A stretch of DNA of 64,000 nt from a virus. Below are positions 9,741 to 19,537 of this stretch, piece after piece; positions within the stretch are counted from its first letter, which is position 1; each line of letters starts with the position of its first letter. A program made the translations under genes and the position numbers. Where the stretch lies: the IMG/VR virus record IMGVR_UViG_3300020183_000011. One strand, 5' to 3'. A model generated the notes under the pieces. That model searched no databases. It saw nothing but the letters and a program-made list of their open reading frames with translations, and was not told the DNA's origin.

Positions 9741-10365
9741 GATCACATAAGTATATTAAATGGTATCTATCTTTAGTTAAGACAGCTTTAACTAGAAATG
9801 CTCCTGATTGTTATATAGAAAAACATCATATATTTCCAACTAGTATATTTGGTAAAAATAAGAGTTTAGTAAAATTAACAGCTAAAGAACATTTTATAGC
9901 TCATAAATTATTATATAAAATATATCAACTTCGCAATGGTGATAACTCTAAAAATACTCTTAAAATGGCAAAAGCTTTTTGTTTGATGGCTACTAGAGAT
10001 GATGTTAAATTTAATTCGCGTAGATATGCATATTGCAAGAAAATGGCATCAATATCTATGTTAGGTGATAATAATCCATCTAGAAACCTGGTGCATTTAG
10101 TGAAGAACATAGAAAGAAATTAAGTCAACCTGGCGAAAAGCATGGAATGTATGGTAAGAAACATACAGAAGAAGTTAAACAAAAATTAAGAGAATTAGCT
10201 AAAAATCAAATAAGATTGCCTGTAATAAATGAAACACGTAAAAAATTAAGTAATAGTCTAAAAGGTCGTAAGATACACGAAAATACTAAAAAGGCAGTAT
10301 CTGAAGCAAATAAGAAAAGGATTGGTATGAAATATAATAAATCGAAAGGTGATAATAATGAATAA
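9737..10365 (+). pseudogene. HNH homing endonuclease with NUMOD3 DNA-binding motifs, split by a -1 frameshift near 10086
   Basis: EKHHIFP...LTAKEHFIAHKLL (HNH). Adding one A at agaaa (10082-10086) gives PGAFSEEHRKKLSQPGEKHGMYGKKHTEEVKQKL, continuous with ORF 10147..10365. Confidence 0.75.
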
Positions 10366-12046
10366 ATTGCGTCTGCATATTTTGGGGCTTCCTCACACAG
10401 TAACATCAAAAGAGTACAATGCCTGTGCATATACTCAGAAGGTTTGGAAGTTTGGTAAGATGATGACTGAACGTGGTCATACAGTTTACCATTATGGTCA
10501 TGAAGAGTCAGACGTTCCTTGTACAGAACATATCCCAGTAACTACTAATAAAGACCTCGAGATCGCCTATGGTTCATATGACTGGCGTAAGAACTTCTTT
10601 AAGTTCGACGTCAATGACCATGCATACAAAACCTTTTATGCAAACGCTATCCGTGAAGTAGGTAAACGCAAACAACACAATGATTTCATCTTACCTTTCT
10701 GGGGTGCAGGCACTAGACCAGTATGCGACGCACATCCTGACCTAATCACCGTAGAGCCTGGCATCGGCTATGCTGGTGGACACTGGGCAAAGTATAAGAT
10801 CTTTGAATCATATGCTATCTATCATGCATACTATGGTTTACCTGCAGTGGGTACATGCAAGCAAAACTTCTATGATGTTGTTATCCCCAATTACTTTGAT
10901 CCTGATGACTTTGTATTTAAACCTGAGGAGAAGGAAGACTACTGTTTATTCTTAGGTCGAGTCTATGAAGGTAAAGGTATCCATATCGCTATCCAGGCAA
11001 CCGAACGCGCAGGTATAAAGCTTAAGGTTGCAGGACAAAATAACCTTGAAGCATGCGGATACAAAGAGATACCAAAACACGTTGAGTTCATTGGTTATGC
11101 TGACATTGAGAAACGTAAAGAACTCATGGCAAAAGCCAAGGTATCATTCGTCGCTTCTATGTATGTTGAGCCGTTTGGCGGAGTACAGATCGAGAACTTA
11201 TTCTCTGGTACACCGACCATCACTACAGATTGGGGTTCATTCACAGAGAACAATATCCATGGAGTTACAGGTTACAGATGCCGCACGATGGAAGAGTTCG
11301 TATGGGCACTCAAGAACATCGATCGTATCAACCCACAAGACTGTCGCGATTGGGCATTAAATAACTTCTCGCTTGAGAAAGTTGCTGGTATGTACGAAGA
11401 GTATTTTCAAGCCGTACTTAATATCCATGGCAAGCAAGGATGGTATGAACCAAATCCTGGTAGAAACAACATGGACTATGCGGTGAAGCATTATCCTGGC
11501 CGACCAAACCCATTTGACTATAACTATATTGAAGCCGAAGAGACTCCGTGTGCTCAAGGTGTAGCAAGAGCTATCAAAGACTTAATCAAACCCAAACAAG
11601 TATTAGACGTTGGTTGTGGCCCAGGCATGTATGTCCAAGCATTAAATGATATTGATGTAAATGCTATCGGCTTTGATATTGAAGACGTATGTGAGAAGAC
11701 TCCAGGCTGCTATCAAGGCAGTATTTTTACCAATATTACGTCTACTGATACCGTCATCTGCTTTGAGGTATTAGAGCACATCGACCCTGTCTATGCAGAC
11801 CAAGAAGTTGAAGCACTATATAATGCTGTCACGCCGGGCGGTACACTCGTGTTTACTGCAGCGCAGCCTGGACAAGGTGGAGTAGGACATATCAACTGCC
11901 GTAAGAAAGAGTATTGGCTTAAGAAGTTCGTTGAGAAAGGTATGATCTATCATCCAGGTCTAACTCAAAACATTATCAATCATGTACGTCAAGGCATACA
12001 TATGGGATGGTTCGTTAATAACTTGATGGTGTTCAAGAAGCCATAA
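10358..12046 (+). CDS. GT4-like glycosyltransferase fused to a class I SAM methyltransferase
   Basis: FLGRVYEGKGI and EPFGGVQIE (GT-B); C-terminal LDVGCGPG and CFEVLEHI. Confidence 0.85.
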   Translation: MNKLRLHILGLPHTVTSKEYNACAYTQKVWKFGKMMTERGHTVYHYGHEESDVPCTEHIPVTTNKDLEIAYGSYDWRKNFFKFDVNDHAYKTFYANAIREVGKRKQHNDFILPFWGAGTRPVCDAHPDLITVEPGIGYAGGHWAKYKIFESYAIYHAYYGLPAVGTCKQNFYDVVIPNYFDPDDFVFKPEEKEDYCLFLGRVYEGKGIHIAIQATERAGIKLKVAGQNNLEACGYKEIPKHVEFIGYADIEKRKELMAKAKVSFVASMYVEPFGGVQIENLFSGTPTITTDWGSFTENNIHGVTGYRCRTMEEFVWALKNIDRINPQDCRDWALNNFSLEKVAGMYEEYFQAVLNIHGKQGWYEPNPGRNNMDYAVKHYPGRPNPFDYNYIEAEETPCAQGVARAIKDLIKPKQVLDVGCGPGMYVQALNDIDVNAIGFDIEDVCEKTPGCYQGSIFTNITSTDTVICFEVLEHIDPVYADQEVEALYNAVTPGGTLVFTAAQPGQGGVGHINCRKKEYWLKKFVEKGMIYHPGLTQNIINHVRQGIHMGWFVNNLMVFKKP

Positions 12047-12064
12047 TCCTAGACGTTTATTTTA

Positions 12065-12072
12065 TATAAATA
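12065..12072 (+). promoter_or_regulatory. T4-type late promoter
   Basis: TATAAATA upstream of gp13. Confidence 0.8.
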
Positions 12073-12097
12073 ATAGAATAAACACTAGGAAATCGTC

Positions 12098-13111
12098 ATG
12101 GCCGTTACAAGTAGAGCAACACTCACAGAATATGCTTTAAGAGCCCTTGGTGAACCTGTAGTCGAAATCAACGTTGATGACTCTCAACTAGAAGAGCGTA
12201 TAGACGAGGCACTTGACTATTGGAACCAGTATCATTTTGATGGTGCAGAGAAGATGTACCTCAAACAAAAGATCACAGCTTCAACCATAGCTATAACCAC
12301 AGCGACTTCAGCAAACTTCCCATTAGGCAGCACAGTAACTGGTAGCACTTCAGGTGCTACAGCAGAAGTCGTCATGGAACATGGTAGAGAAGAGGACGCT
12401 AACATCATAGTAGTAAAGGATGTGACTACCAATGATTCTAACAATGCTCAGAACGTATTCAACTCAGATACTACATCAACTTTCGTTGCAGGAGAAACCA
12501 TTACATGTAGTGACGGTGGTGCCACAGCAGTCATAGCTGCTGACGGTGTGACTCTAGGTACATACGACTTACGTTATATACCACTACCAGATTACATATA
12601 CGGTGTGACACGAGTCATCCCTTTCACCGCTGCGTCAAGCTCAAAGAACCTATTCGACTTACAATACCAACTAAGACTCAATGACTTGTATGACTTGACT
12701 TCAACGTCAATCATCTACTATAAGACTGTCATGAGTCACATCTCTTTATTAAACATAGAGCTAAATGGTTACCCGCTATATAGGTTTAACCGTATGATGG
12801 GTAGACTTACATTAGACGTAAGTTGGTCATCAGCCTTCGCATTAGGTGACTTCATCATGATCGAGTGTTACAGAGCTTTAGACCCTTCAACGTTTAGTAA
12901 AGTATGGAACGAACCATGGTTCCGTAGGTACGTCACAGCTTTGTTTAAGCGTCAGTGGGCAACAAATATCAAAAAATTCCAAGGCATCCAACTACCAGGT
13001 GGTGTGACCATCGATGGTGATAAGTTGTATGCAGAAGCTATAACAGAGATAAGAGAACTTGAAGACGAGATGCTGAATAAGTCAGCTCCATTAGAATTCT
13101 TCTTAGGATAA
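12098..13111 (+). CDS. gp13: Neck protein gp13
   Basis: LRALGEPVVEINVDDSQLEERIDEAL...HFDG; KRQWATNIKKFQGIQLPGGVTIDG; position in gene order. Confidence 0.93.
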   Translation: MAVTSRATLTEYALRALGEPVVEINVDDSQLEERIDEALDYWNQYHFDGAEKMYLKQKITASTIAITTATSANFPLGSTVTGSTSGATAEVVMEHGREEDANIIVVKDVTTNDSNNAQNVFNSDTTSTFVAGETITCSDGGATAVIAADGVTLGTYDLRYIPLPDYIYGVTRVIPFTAASSSKNLFDLQYQLRLNDLYDLTSTSIIYYKTVMSHISLLNIELNGYPLYRFNRMMGRLTLDVSWSSAFALGDFIMIECYRALDPSTFSKVWNEPWFRRYVTALFKRQWATNIKKFQGIQLPGGVTIDGDKLYAEAITEIRELEDEMLNKSAPLEFFLG

Positions 13112-13112
13112 T

Positions 13113-14249
13113 ATGGCACGTTCAGTATACTTTAGTAACGGAGCACGATCCGAACAACTTACCTATGAGGACATCATAGTTGAGTCAATATCCATTTATG
13201 GACAGACGTTTTACTATATTCCTAGAACTTTAGTAGGTAAAGACGAGATCCTTGGTGAGGATCGTCTATCACAGTTCAAGTATGCATACGGCATCGAGAT
13301 GTACCTAGAAACAGTGAATGGCTTTGAAGGTCAAGGCGCATTCATACAGAAGTTTGGTTTGATGATGGAACAAAGCGCTACATTAACTGTAGCTCGTAGA
13401 AAATGGGATCAACTCATAGGACAACATGGTTTATCTATACTGCCTAATCGTCCTGCTGAGGGAGATCTATTATTCTTTCCATTAACAGGTGGTTTGTTTG
13501 AGGTTAAGTTTGTAACTCATCAAGACCCGTTCTATCAAGCTGGTAAACTATACGTATATAAATTACAAGTTGAGTTGTACCAATACTCATCAGAACACAT
13601 CACTACTGGAAATCCTAGTATCGATGTATTTGAAACACTTAAATCATTTGATGATACTAAAGTTCCTAATGGAACCGTTACTGAAATTAAAGTAACTAAT
13701 AGAGGAATATCATATGAATCAGCTCCTACTGTTACTATAGGTATAGATTGGCAAGCAAGTACTGCTATAAGTGTTGGTGATGAAGTATGTTATGATGGTC
13801 AAAGATATAGATGTACAATTTCTGGAACTACCGGAACTACTGGGCCTACACACATTGCAGGTGAAGTAGATAATGGTACTGCTAGATTAGCGTTCTTTGG
13901 TTATAGAGCTACAGCTGAAGCATACTTAGGTAATGGTGCAACTGTTGCTGAAGTTGTTAAAATATTAATCACAGAAGCAGGATCAGGTTATACGTCTCCT
14001 CCACCGGTTACATTATCAGGAGGCGGTGGACTTTATGCTACTGCAGTCGCTATCATAGGTAACCTTGATAAACAAGACTCTTATGGAGATAATAATAAAT
14101 TCAAAGAAGAAGCACAAGGCATAGTATTCAGCGAAGAGAACCCTTTCGGTGAGCTATCAACATATTATGTAGCACCTGATTTATACCCAAACGCTGACTC
14201 TACTAATGCTAGAGCAGATTCAACTAAACTAACTGCGGACTTAGAATAA
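13113..14249 (+). CDS. gp14: Neck protein gp14 with an inserted domain
   Basis: ESISIYG, GEDRLSQF, IEMYLE..GFEG, RPAEGDLLFFP, PFYQ.GK, FSEENPFGE. Confidence 0.92.
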   Translation: MARSVYFSNGARSEQLTYEDIIVESISIYGQTFYYIPRTLVGKDEILGEDRLSQFKYAYGIEMYLETVNGFEGQGAFIQKFGLMMEQSATLTVARRKWDQLIGQHGLSILPNRPAEGDLLFFPLTGGLFEVKFVTHQDPFYQAGKLYVYKLQVELYQYSSEHITTGNPSIDVFETLKSFDDTKVPNGTVTEIKVTNRGISYESAPTVTIGIDWQASTAISVGDEVCYDGQRYRCTISGTTGTTGPTHIAGEVDNGTARLAFFGYRATAEAYLGNGATVAEVVKILITEAGSGYTSPPPVTLSGGGGLYATAVAIIGNLDKQDSYGDNNKFKEEAQGIVFSEENPFGELSTYYVAPDLYPNADSTNARADSTKLTADLE

Positions 14250-14500
14250 TGACAAAACAAACAATCAACATAGGCACAGTGGCTAACGACAAGACTGGTG
14301 ATCAGTTAAGGACTGCATTCACTAAGACTAACGAGAACTTCACAGAAGTATACAGTTACCCATTAACAGGTATATCATCTGGAACACCTGACTCAGCTAC
14401 TGCTACAGGAACAAAGGGTGAAATAAAGTATGATACTAACTATGTATACATCTGCGTTAACACCAATTCATGGATCAGAGTAGCTAGAGCTAGCTGGTAA
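14249..14500 (+). CDS. Small virion protein with gp9/gp10-type N-terminal motif
   Basis: KQTINIGTVANDKTGDQLRTAFTKTNENFTEVY; C-terminal GEIKYDTNYVYICV..NSWIR. Confidence 0.65.
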   Translation: MTKQTINIGTVANDKTGDQLRTAFTKTNENFTEVYSYPLTGISSGTPDSATATGTKGEIKYDTNYVYICVNTNSWIRVARASW

Positions 14501-14501
14501 T

Positions 14502-15230
14502 ATGCTTAACGGACAAACCTATTATCATGGTGCTATAAGAAAGACGATCGTCGCGTTTGGTCGTTTATTCTCTGACATCAAGATCGCAAGACAAGGTAAT
14601 GATGGAGCTGTAGCTCAGACCATATCAGTGCCGCTCGCTTATGCACCTAAAGAAAAATGGTTGGTTCGTATCGACTCAGACCCAAACCTTAACAACCATA
14701 CATACACCTCTTTGCCTAGACTATCTTTTGAGATAGTAGGGTATCACTATGATGCTACGCGTAAGACTAATAAGATGAACAAGATCGTATGTAAAGATAC
14801 TTCGTCTTCAGAAAACCCTACAGCAAAGGCTGTGTTTTCTCCAGCACCGTATAACATAGACATAAACTTATACATCTTGACTAAGACGCAAGAAGACTCT
14901 ATGCAGATCCTTGAGCAGATACTGCCTATATTTAATCCAGAATATACTTTATCAATCAATGCGTTACCTGCTATCGAGATAGTACAAGACGTGCCAGTCA
15001 TATTAAACAGCGTTATAGCAGAAGACAACTATGATGGGTCATTCCAAGAGAGAAGGTTTGTGACACATACACTATCTTTTACTTTAAAGACAAACATATA
15101 CGGCCCAGTCACAGAGAACGGAGTCATCCTTACTACTATCGCAAACTTATCTACACCTGGAAGGAAGTATACAGCTTTAGCCCCTGAGGTTGATGGTACA
15201 GTTACTGAAAATTGGGAAGCACAGTTTTAA
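14502..15230 (+). CDS. gp15: Tail terminator/sheath stabiliser gp15
   Basis: RKTIVAFGRLF, VPLAYAPKEKW, LPRLSFE, QILEQILPIFNP. Confidence 0.93.
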   Translation: MLNGQTYYHGAIRKTIVAFGRLFSDIKIARQGNDGAVAQTISVPLAYAPKEKWLVRIDSDPNLNNHTYTSLPRLSFEIVGYHYDATRKTNKMNKIVCKDTSSSENPTAKAVFSPAPYNIDINLYILTKTQEDSMQILEQILPIFNPEYTLSINALPAIEIVQDVPVILNSVIAEDNYDGSFQERRFVTHTLSFTLKTNIYGPVTENGVILTTIANLSTPGRKYTALAPEVDGTVTENWEAQF

Positions 15231-16820
15231 ATGACTCAAGTATATAATGCAAATAGTTCTTTAAAGGCAGCAGGCGTAAAGATACAGTTCACGCAAGAAC
15301 AAGTATCTGAATACCTAAAGTGTAAAGATGATCCAATCTATTTTATTGAGAACTATTGTAAGATCATATCGCTAGATCATGGTCTAATCCCATTCAAACT
15401 TTATGAGTGTCAACGTGAGAAGGTAAAGATAATCCATGAAAACAGAAAAGTTATCCTTATGGAAGGTCGTCAACAAGGTAAGACGACAACTAGTGCAGCG
15501 TATATTTTATGGTATACATTATTTCAGGAATCGAAACAAGTCGCGATCTTGGCAAACAAAGCCACCGCCGCCCGTGAGGTCTTATACAGGTATCAATTGA
15601 TGTACGAGAACCTGCCATTATGGTTACAACAAGGTGTAACTACATGGAACAAGGGAGATATAGAACTTGAGAACAATTCAAAGGTGTTCACTGCAGCTAC
15701 AAGCGCTTCTGGTATCCGCGGTAAGTCTGTTAACATGCTGTATGTTGATGAGACTGCGATCATACCTAACAATGTCGCTGATGACTTCTTTACTTCTGTT
15801 TACCCAACGATATCTGCGGGTGAAACAACAAAGATCCTATTATCATCTACACCTTTAGGTTATAACCACTTTTGGAAGTTTTGGAATGATGCAGAGAACA
15901 AACGCAATGACTTTGTACCATTATTCATACCATATTGGAAGATACCTGGAAGAGATGAAAAATGGGCAGAGCAACAAAAGAGACAGCTTGGTGAGCTGAA
16001 GTTCAACCAAGAAGTGTTATGTGCATTCCTCGGTTCTGCTCTCACTCTGGTGCGTGCGGATGTGATCGGGAGACTGTCTGCAGGGCATATCATATACAGT
16101 AAGGATGGTCTTGATGTGTATGATAAACCCGTCAAGGATCATACGTATTGTTTGATGGCTGATACAGCAAAGGGTGTTGGAGGAGACTACTCAACGTTCT
16201 CTATCATAGACATAACAGAGGCTCCATACAAACAGGTAGCAAAGTACAGGGATAACAACATCAGCCCTATGTTATTTCCATCTGTGATATACAAAGTGGC
16301 TACAGAATATAATAACGCTTATGTGTTACTTGAGGTCAACTCCTCAGAACAAGTAGCTTCTATATTATACTCTGAGATGGAGTATGAAAACTTATTATTC
16401 GTAAATAGGAATACTGATGGACAAGTGGTGTCAGGAGGCTTTGGTGGAGGTAAAACCCAGCTTGGTGTAAACACTGACAAGAAAGTAAAACGTATAGGGT
16501 GTATGAACTTTAAGGCTTTGGTGGAAGAGAATAGGCTATTGGTTCAGGACATCGATACTATACAAGAGATATCAACCTTCATAGAAAACAATAAAGGCTC
16601 ATACGAGGCCGATGAAGGTTATCATGATGACTTAGTCATGACTTTGGTGTTGTTTGGTTGGTTGACGACTAACCCATACTTTAAAGACTTAAACGACATC
16701 AATATCAGACAAGATATGTATAAGAATCGTATTAAAGCTATTGAGGATGAGCTAACTCCGTTTGGGTTCTATGATGACGGGAGCAGCGGACAAGACGATC
16801 AGGTCTTATTGAATTTTTAA
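15231..16820 (+). CDS. gp17: Terminase large subunit gp17
   Basis: RQQGKTT Walker A, LANK, IRGKS, YVDE, STPLGYNHFW, GYHDDLVM. Confidence 0.97.
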   Translation: MTQVYNANSSLKAAGVKIQFTQEQVSEYLKCKDDPIYFIENYCKIISLDHGLIPFKLYECQREKVKIIHENRKVILMEGRQQGKTTTSAAYILWYTLFQESKQVAILANKATAAREVLYRYQLMYENLPLWLQQGVTTWNKGDIELENNSKVFTAATSASGIRGKSVNMLYVDETAIIPNNVADDFFTSVYPTISAGETTKILLSSTPLGYNHFWKFWNDAENKRNDFVPLFIPYWKIPGRDEKWAEQQKRQLGELKFNQEVLCAFLGSALTLVRADVIGRLSAGHIIYSKDGLDVYDKPVKDHTYCLMADTAKGVGGDYSTFSIIDITEAPYKQVAKYRDNNISPMLFPSVIYKVATEYNNAYVLLEVNSSEQVASILYSEMEYENLLFVNRNTDGQVVSGGFGGGKTQLGVNTDKKVKRIGCMNFKALVEENRLLVQDIDTIQEISTFIENNKGSYEADEGYHDDLVMTLVLFGWLTTNPYFKDLNDINIRQDMYKNRIKAIEDELTPFGFYDDGSSGQDDQVLLNF

Positions 16821-16824
16821 GGGT

Positions 16825-16832
16825 TATAAATA
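16825..16832 (+). promoter_or_regulatory. T4-type late promoter
   Basis: TATAAATA upstream of gp18. Confidence 0.8.
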
Positions 16833-16892
16833 TAGGTATAGAGGTGACTCTAGCTTATATCATAAAAATCATAATTTAAGGAGAAGCAAAAA

Positions 16893-18875
16893 ATGGCGTT
16901 TCAATTATCTCCAGGAGTTGCGGTAGTCGAGAAAGACTTTTCTGCAATAGTACCGGCAGTGGCAACATCTGCAGGCGCTTTTGCGGGTGTATTTGCATGG
17001 GGTCCAGTATTAGATCCTGTTACAATCACATCTGAGAATGTGTTAGTACAACGATTTGGTAAACCAAACGATTCAACAGCACAATCATTCTTTACAGCGG
17101 CAAACTTCCTAGCATACACAAACAACTTATTAACAGTCCGCGTAGACACTTCTGGCAATAGAAATGCTGTGGTTACAAAGACAGGTACAGTTACAAGTTT
17201 CACAATAACTGAAGACGGTGACTCATATGTTTCAGCTCCAGCTGTTACAATAGGAGCTCCAAACGTTTCTGGTGGTATCCAAGCTACTGCAACAGCAAAT
17301 CTAACTAGTGGTGCAGTATCTAGCATTACCATCACAAACCCAGGCACAGGTTATACATCTGCTCCTTCAGTAACTATCGCTGCAGGTCCAGGTACACAAG
17401 CTACTGCTACTGCTGCTATCACAGTTTCTGGAGTTAAGATCAATAACTTTGATTCTTATGATAACTCTTACAGTGTTGGTGAAGGTGTAGTTGGCGAATG
17501 GGCTGCTAAGTATCCAGGCACATTAGGTAACTCAATCACAGTTTCTATAGCTGATGCTGAAACTTATGAAGGCTGGTTATACGAAACACAGTTTGACTCT
17601 GCTCCAGGTACTTCTGCTTATGCTGCTTCATTAGGCGGTTCTAACGATGAGTTACATGTAGTAGTCGTAGATGCAGATGGTCAATGGTCTGGCGCTGCTG
17701 GTACAGTATTAGAAAAATACTCATACGTATCTAAAGCTGGTGACGCTAAAAAATCTGACGGTTCAAACAACTATTACAAAGACGTAATCAACTCACAATC
17801 TAGATATATCTGGTGGATGGATCATACAACATCAGTAGCTACTTCAGTTGGTGGTTCAGGTACATCTGGTGTGGCTTGGGGAATTGCTGCAGCTAATGTA
17901 GGTTTTAAAGACCTATCATCAGTAGTAACATCTACTTTATCTGGCGGCGTGGATGACTTCACAGCTACAGACGGTGAGCTACAAACTGGATTTGCGATAT
18001 TCGCTAACGATGAGCTCTATGATATCTCACTCATTCCAGTAGGTAAAGCTTCTGAGACAGTAGCAGAATATGTTATCAATAACGTTGCTGAAGTTCGTAA
18101 AGACTGCGTAGTGTTCGTATCACCACAATACATCACTGGTAATGAATATGGTGGTAGCGATGGTGACTTCATCTACGGTTCTACAGTATCAGAGATGGTA
18201 GAAGCATGTGTAGAATACAGAAATGAACTTCCAAGCACATCATATGCAGTATTAGATTCAGGTGCTAAATATCAGTACGATCGTTATAACGATAAGTATC
18301 GTTGGGTTCCACTCAATGGTGACATCGCAGGTTTATCTGCTCGTACAGATTACACAAATGATCCATGGTGGTCTCCGGCTGGTCTAAACCGCGGTCAAGT
18401 TAAGAACGTAGTTAAGCTAGCTATCAACCCAAGCAAGACTGAAAGAGATAACCTTTACAAGAACGGTGTTAACCCAGTTGTTAACTTCCCTGGTCAAGGT
18501 ACAGTTTTATTCGGTGATAAGACACTATTAGCTAAACCTAGCGCATTTGATCGTATCAACGTACGTCGTTTATTCATCGTACTTGAAAAAGCTATCGCTA
18601 CAGCTGCTAAGTTCCAACTCTTTGAATTCAACGATTCATTTACAAGAGCACAGTTTAAGAACTTAGTTGAACCCTTCTTACGAGATGTTCAAGGCCGTCG
18701 CGGTCTTACTGACTTCCGTGTTAAATGTGATGACACAAACAACACTGGAGAAGTTATCGACCGTAATGAGTTCATTGCAGATATCTTTATTAAACCTAAT
18801 CGTTCGATCAACTTCATTACGCTTAACTTCATTGCTGCAAGAAGTTCAGTTAAGTTCGAAGAAATCGGTGCTTAA
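16893..18875 (+). CDS. gp18: Tail sheath protein gp18
   Basis: MAFQLSPGV, WWSPAGLNRG, FGDKT, FDRINVRRLF, KPNRSINFITLNF. Confidence 0.97.
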   Translation: MAFQLSPGVAVVEKDFSAIVPAVATSAGAFAGVFAWGPVLDPVTITSENVLVQRFGKPNDSTAQSFFTAANFLAYTNNLLTVRVDTSGNRNAVVTKTGTVTSFTITEDGDSYVSAPAVTIGAPNVSGGIQATATANLTSGAVSSITITNPGTGYTSAPSVTIAAGPGTQATATAAITVSGVKINNFDSYDNSYSVGEGVVGEWAAKYPGTLGNSITVSIADAETYEGWLYETQFDSAPGTSAYAASLGGSNDELHVVVVDADGQWSGAAGTVLEKYSYVSKAGDAKKSDGSNNYYKDVINSQSRYIWWMDHTTSVATSVGGSGTSGVAWGIAAANVGFKDLSSVVTSTLSGGVDDFTATDGELQTGFAIFANDELYDISLIPVGKASETVAEYVINNVAEVRKDCVVFVSPQYITGNEYGGSDGDFIYGSTVSEMVEACVEYRNELPSTSYAVLDSGAKYQYDRYNDKYRWVPLNGDIAGLSARTDYTNDPWWSPAGLNRGQVKNVVKLAINPSKTERDNLYKNGVNPVVNFPGQGTVLFGDKTLLAKPSAFDRINVRRLFIVLEKAIATAAKFQLFEFNDSFTRAQFKNLVEPFLRDVQGRRGLTDFRVKCDDTNNTGEVIDRNEFIADIFIKPNRSINFITLNFIAARSSVKFEEIGA

Positions 18876-18877
18876 CA

Positions 18878-18885
18878 TATAAATA
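18878..18885 (+). promoter_or_regulatory. T4-type late promoter
   Basis: TATAAATA upstream of gp19. Confidence 0.8.
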
Positions 18886-18913
18886 ACAATAGGAAAAAAA
18901 TAAAGGATAAAAT

Positions 18914-19510
18914 ATGGCAAACATTAGCGATTTTAAAGCACAGTTGATTGGTGGCGGCGCCCGCCCTAATCAGTTCCGTGTTGAATTAACATTTCCTTCA
19001 TATGTAACTGCTGGTACTGTTGTTGGTTTACAATCCCAGTTCTTATGTAAAGCTGCTCAATTGCCAGCTTCTACAGTAGAGAACGTGGCTATCCAATACA
19101 GAGGTCGGGCTGTTAACTTTGCTGGCGAAAGGATATTCGCACCATGGAACGTATCCATCTATAACGACACAACATTCTCTATCAGAAATTCTATGGAAAA
19201 ATGGTCAGATGGCGTACAAAATCATAGCCAAACAAAAGGTCGTACAAACCCACGAGACTATCAAGTGGACTTAAGAGTTCACCAGTTAGATCGTAACGGT
19301 GCTATCGTTAAGAGCTATAAGTTCCACGATGCATACCCAACAGAAATTGGCGTGATCACAGTTGACTATGACGCAGTTAACCAAATGGAAATGTTTGATG
19401 TAAGCTTTACTTACAACTACTGGACATCTGATACAAGTACACAGGGTTCTAACTTTGGTGTTAACGTTGCTGTTAATACTCCAGTTGGTACATTCCCACT
19501 TCCAATTTAA
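18914..19510 (+). CDS. gp19: Tail tube protein gp19
   Basis: GGARPNQF, CKAAQLPAS, YRGR..FAGER, V.QLDRNG, AYPT. Confidence 0.95.
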   Translation: MANISDFKAQLIGGGARPNQFRVELTFPSYVTAGTVVGLQSQFLCKAAQLPASTVENVAIQYRGRAVNFAGERIFAPWNVSIYNDTTFSIRNSMEKWSDGVQNHSQTKGRTNPRDYQVDLRVHQLDRNGAIVKSYKFHDAYPTEIGVITVDYDAVNQMEMFDVSFTYNYWTSDTSTQGSNFGVNVAVNTPVGTFPLPI

Positions 19511-19537
19511 TTGGAAATTTATAATTAGAGGTATATC

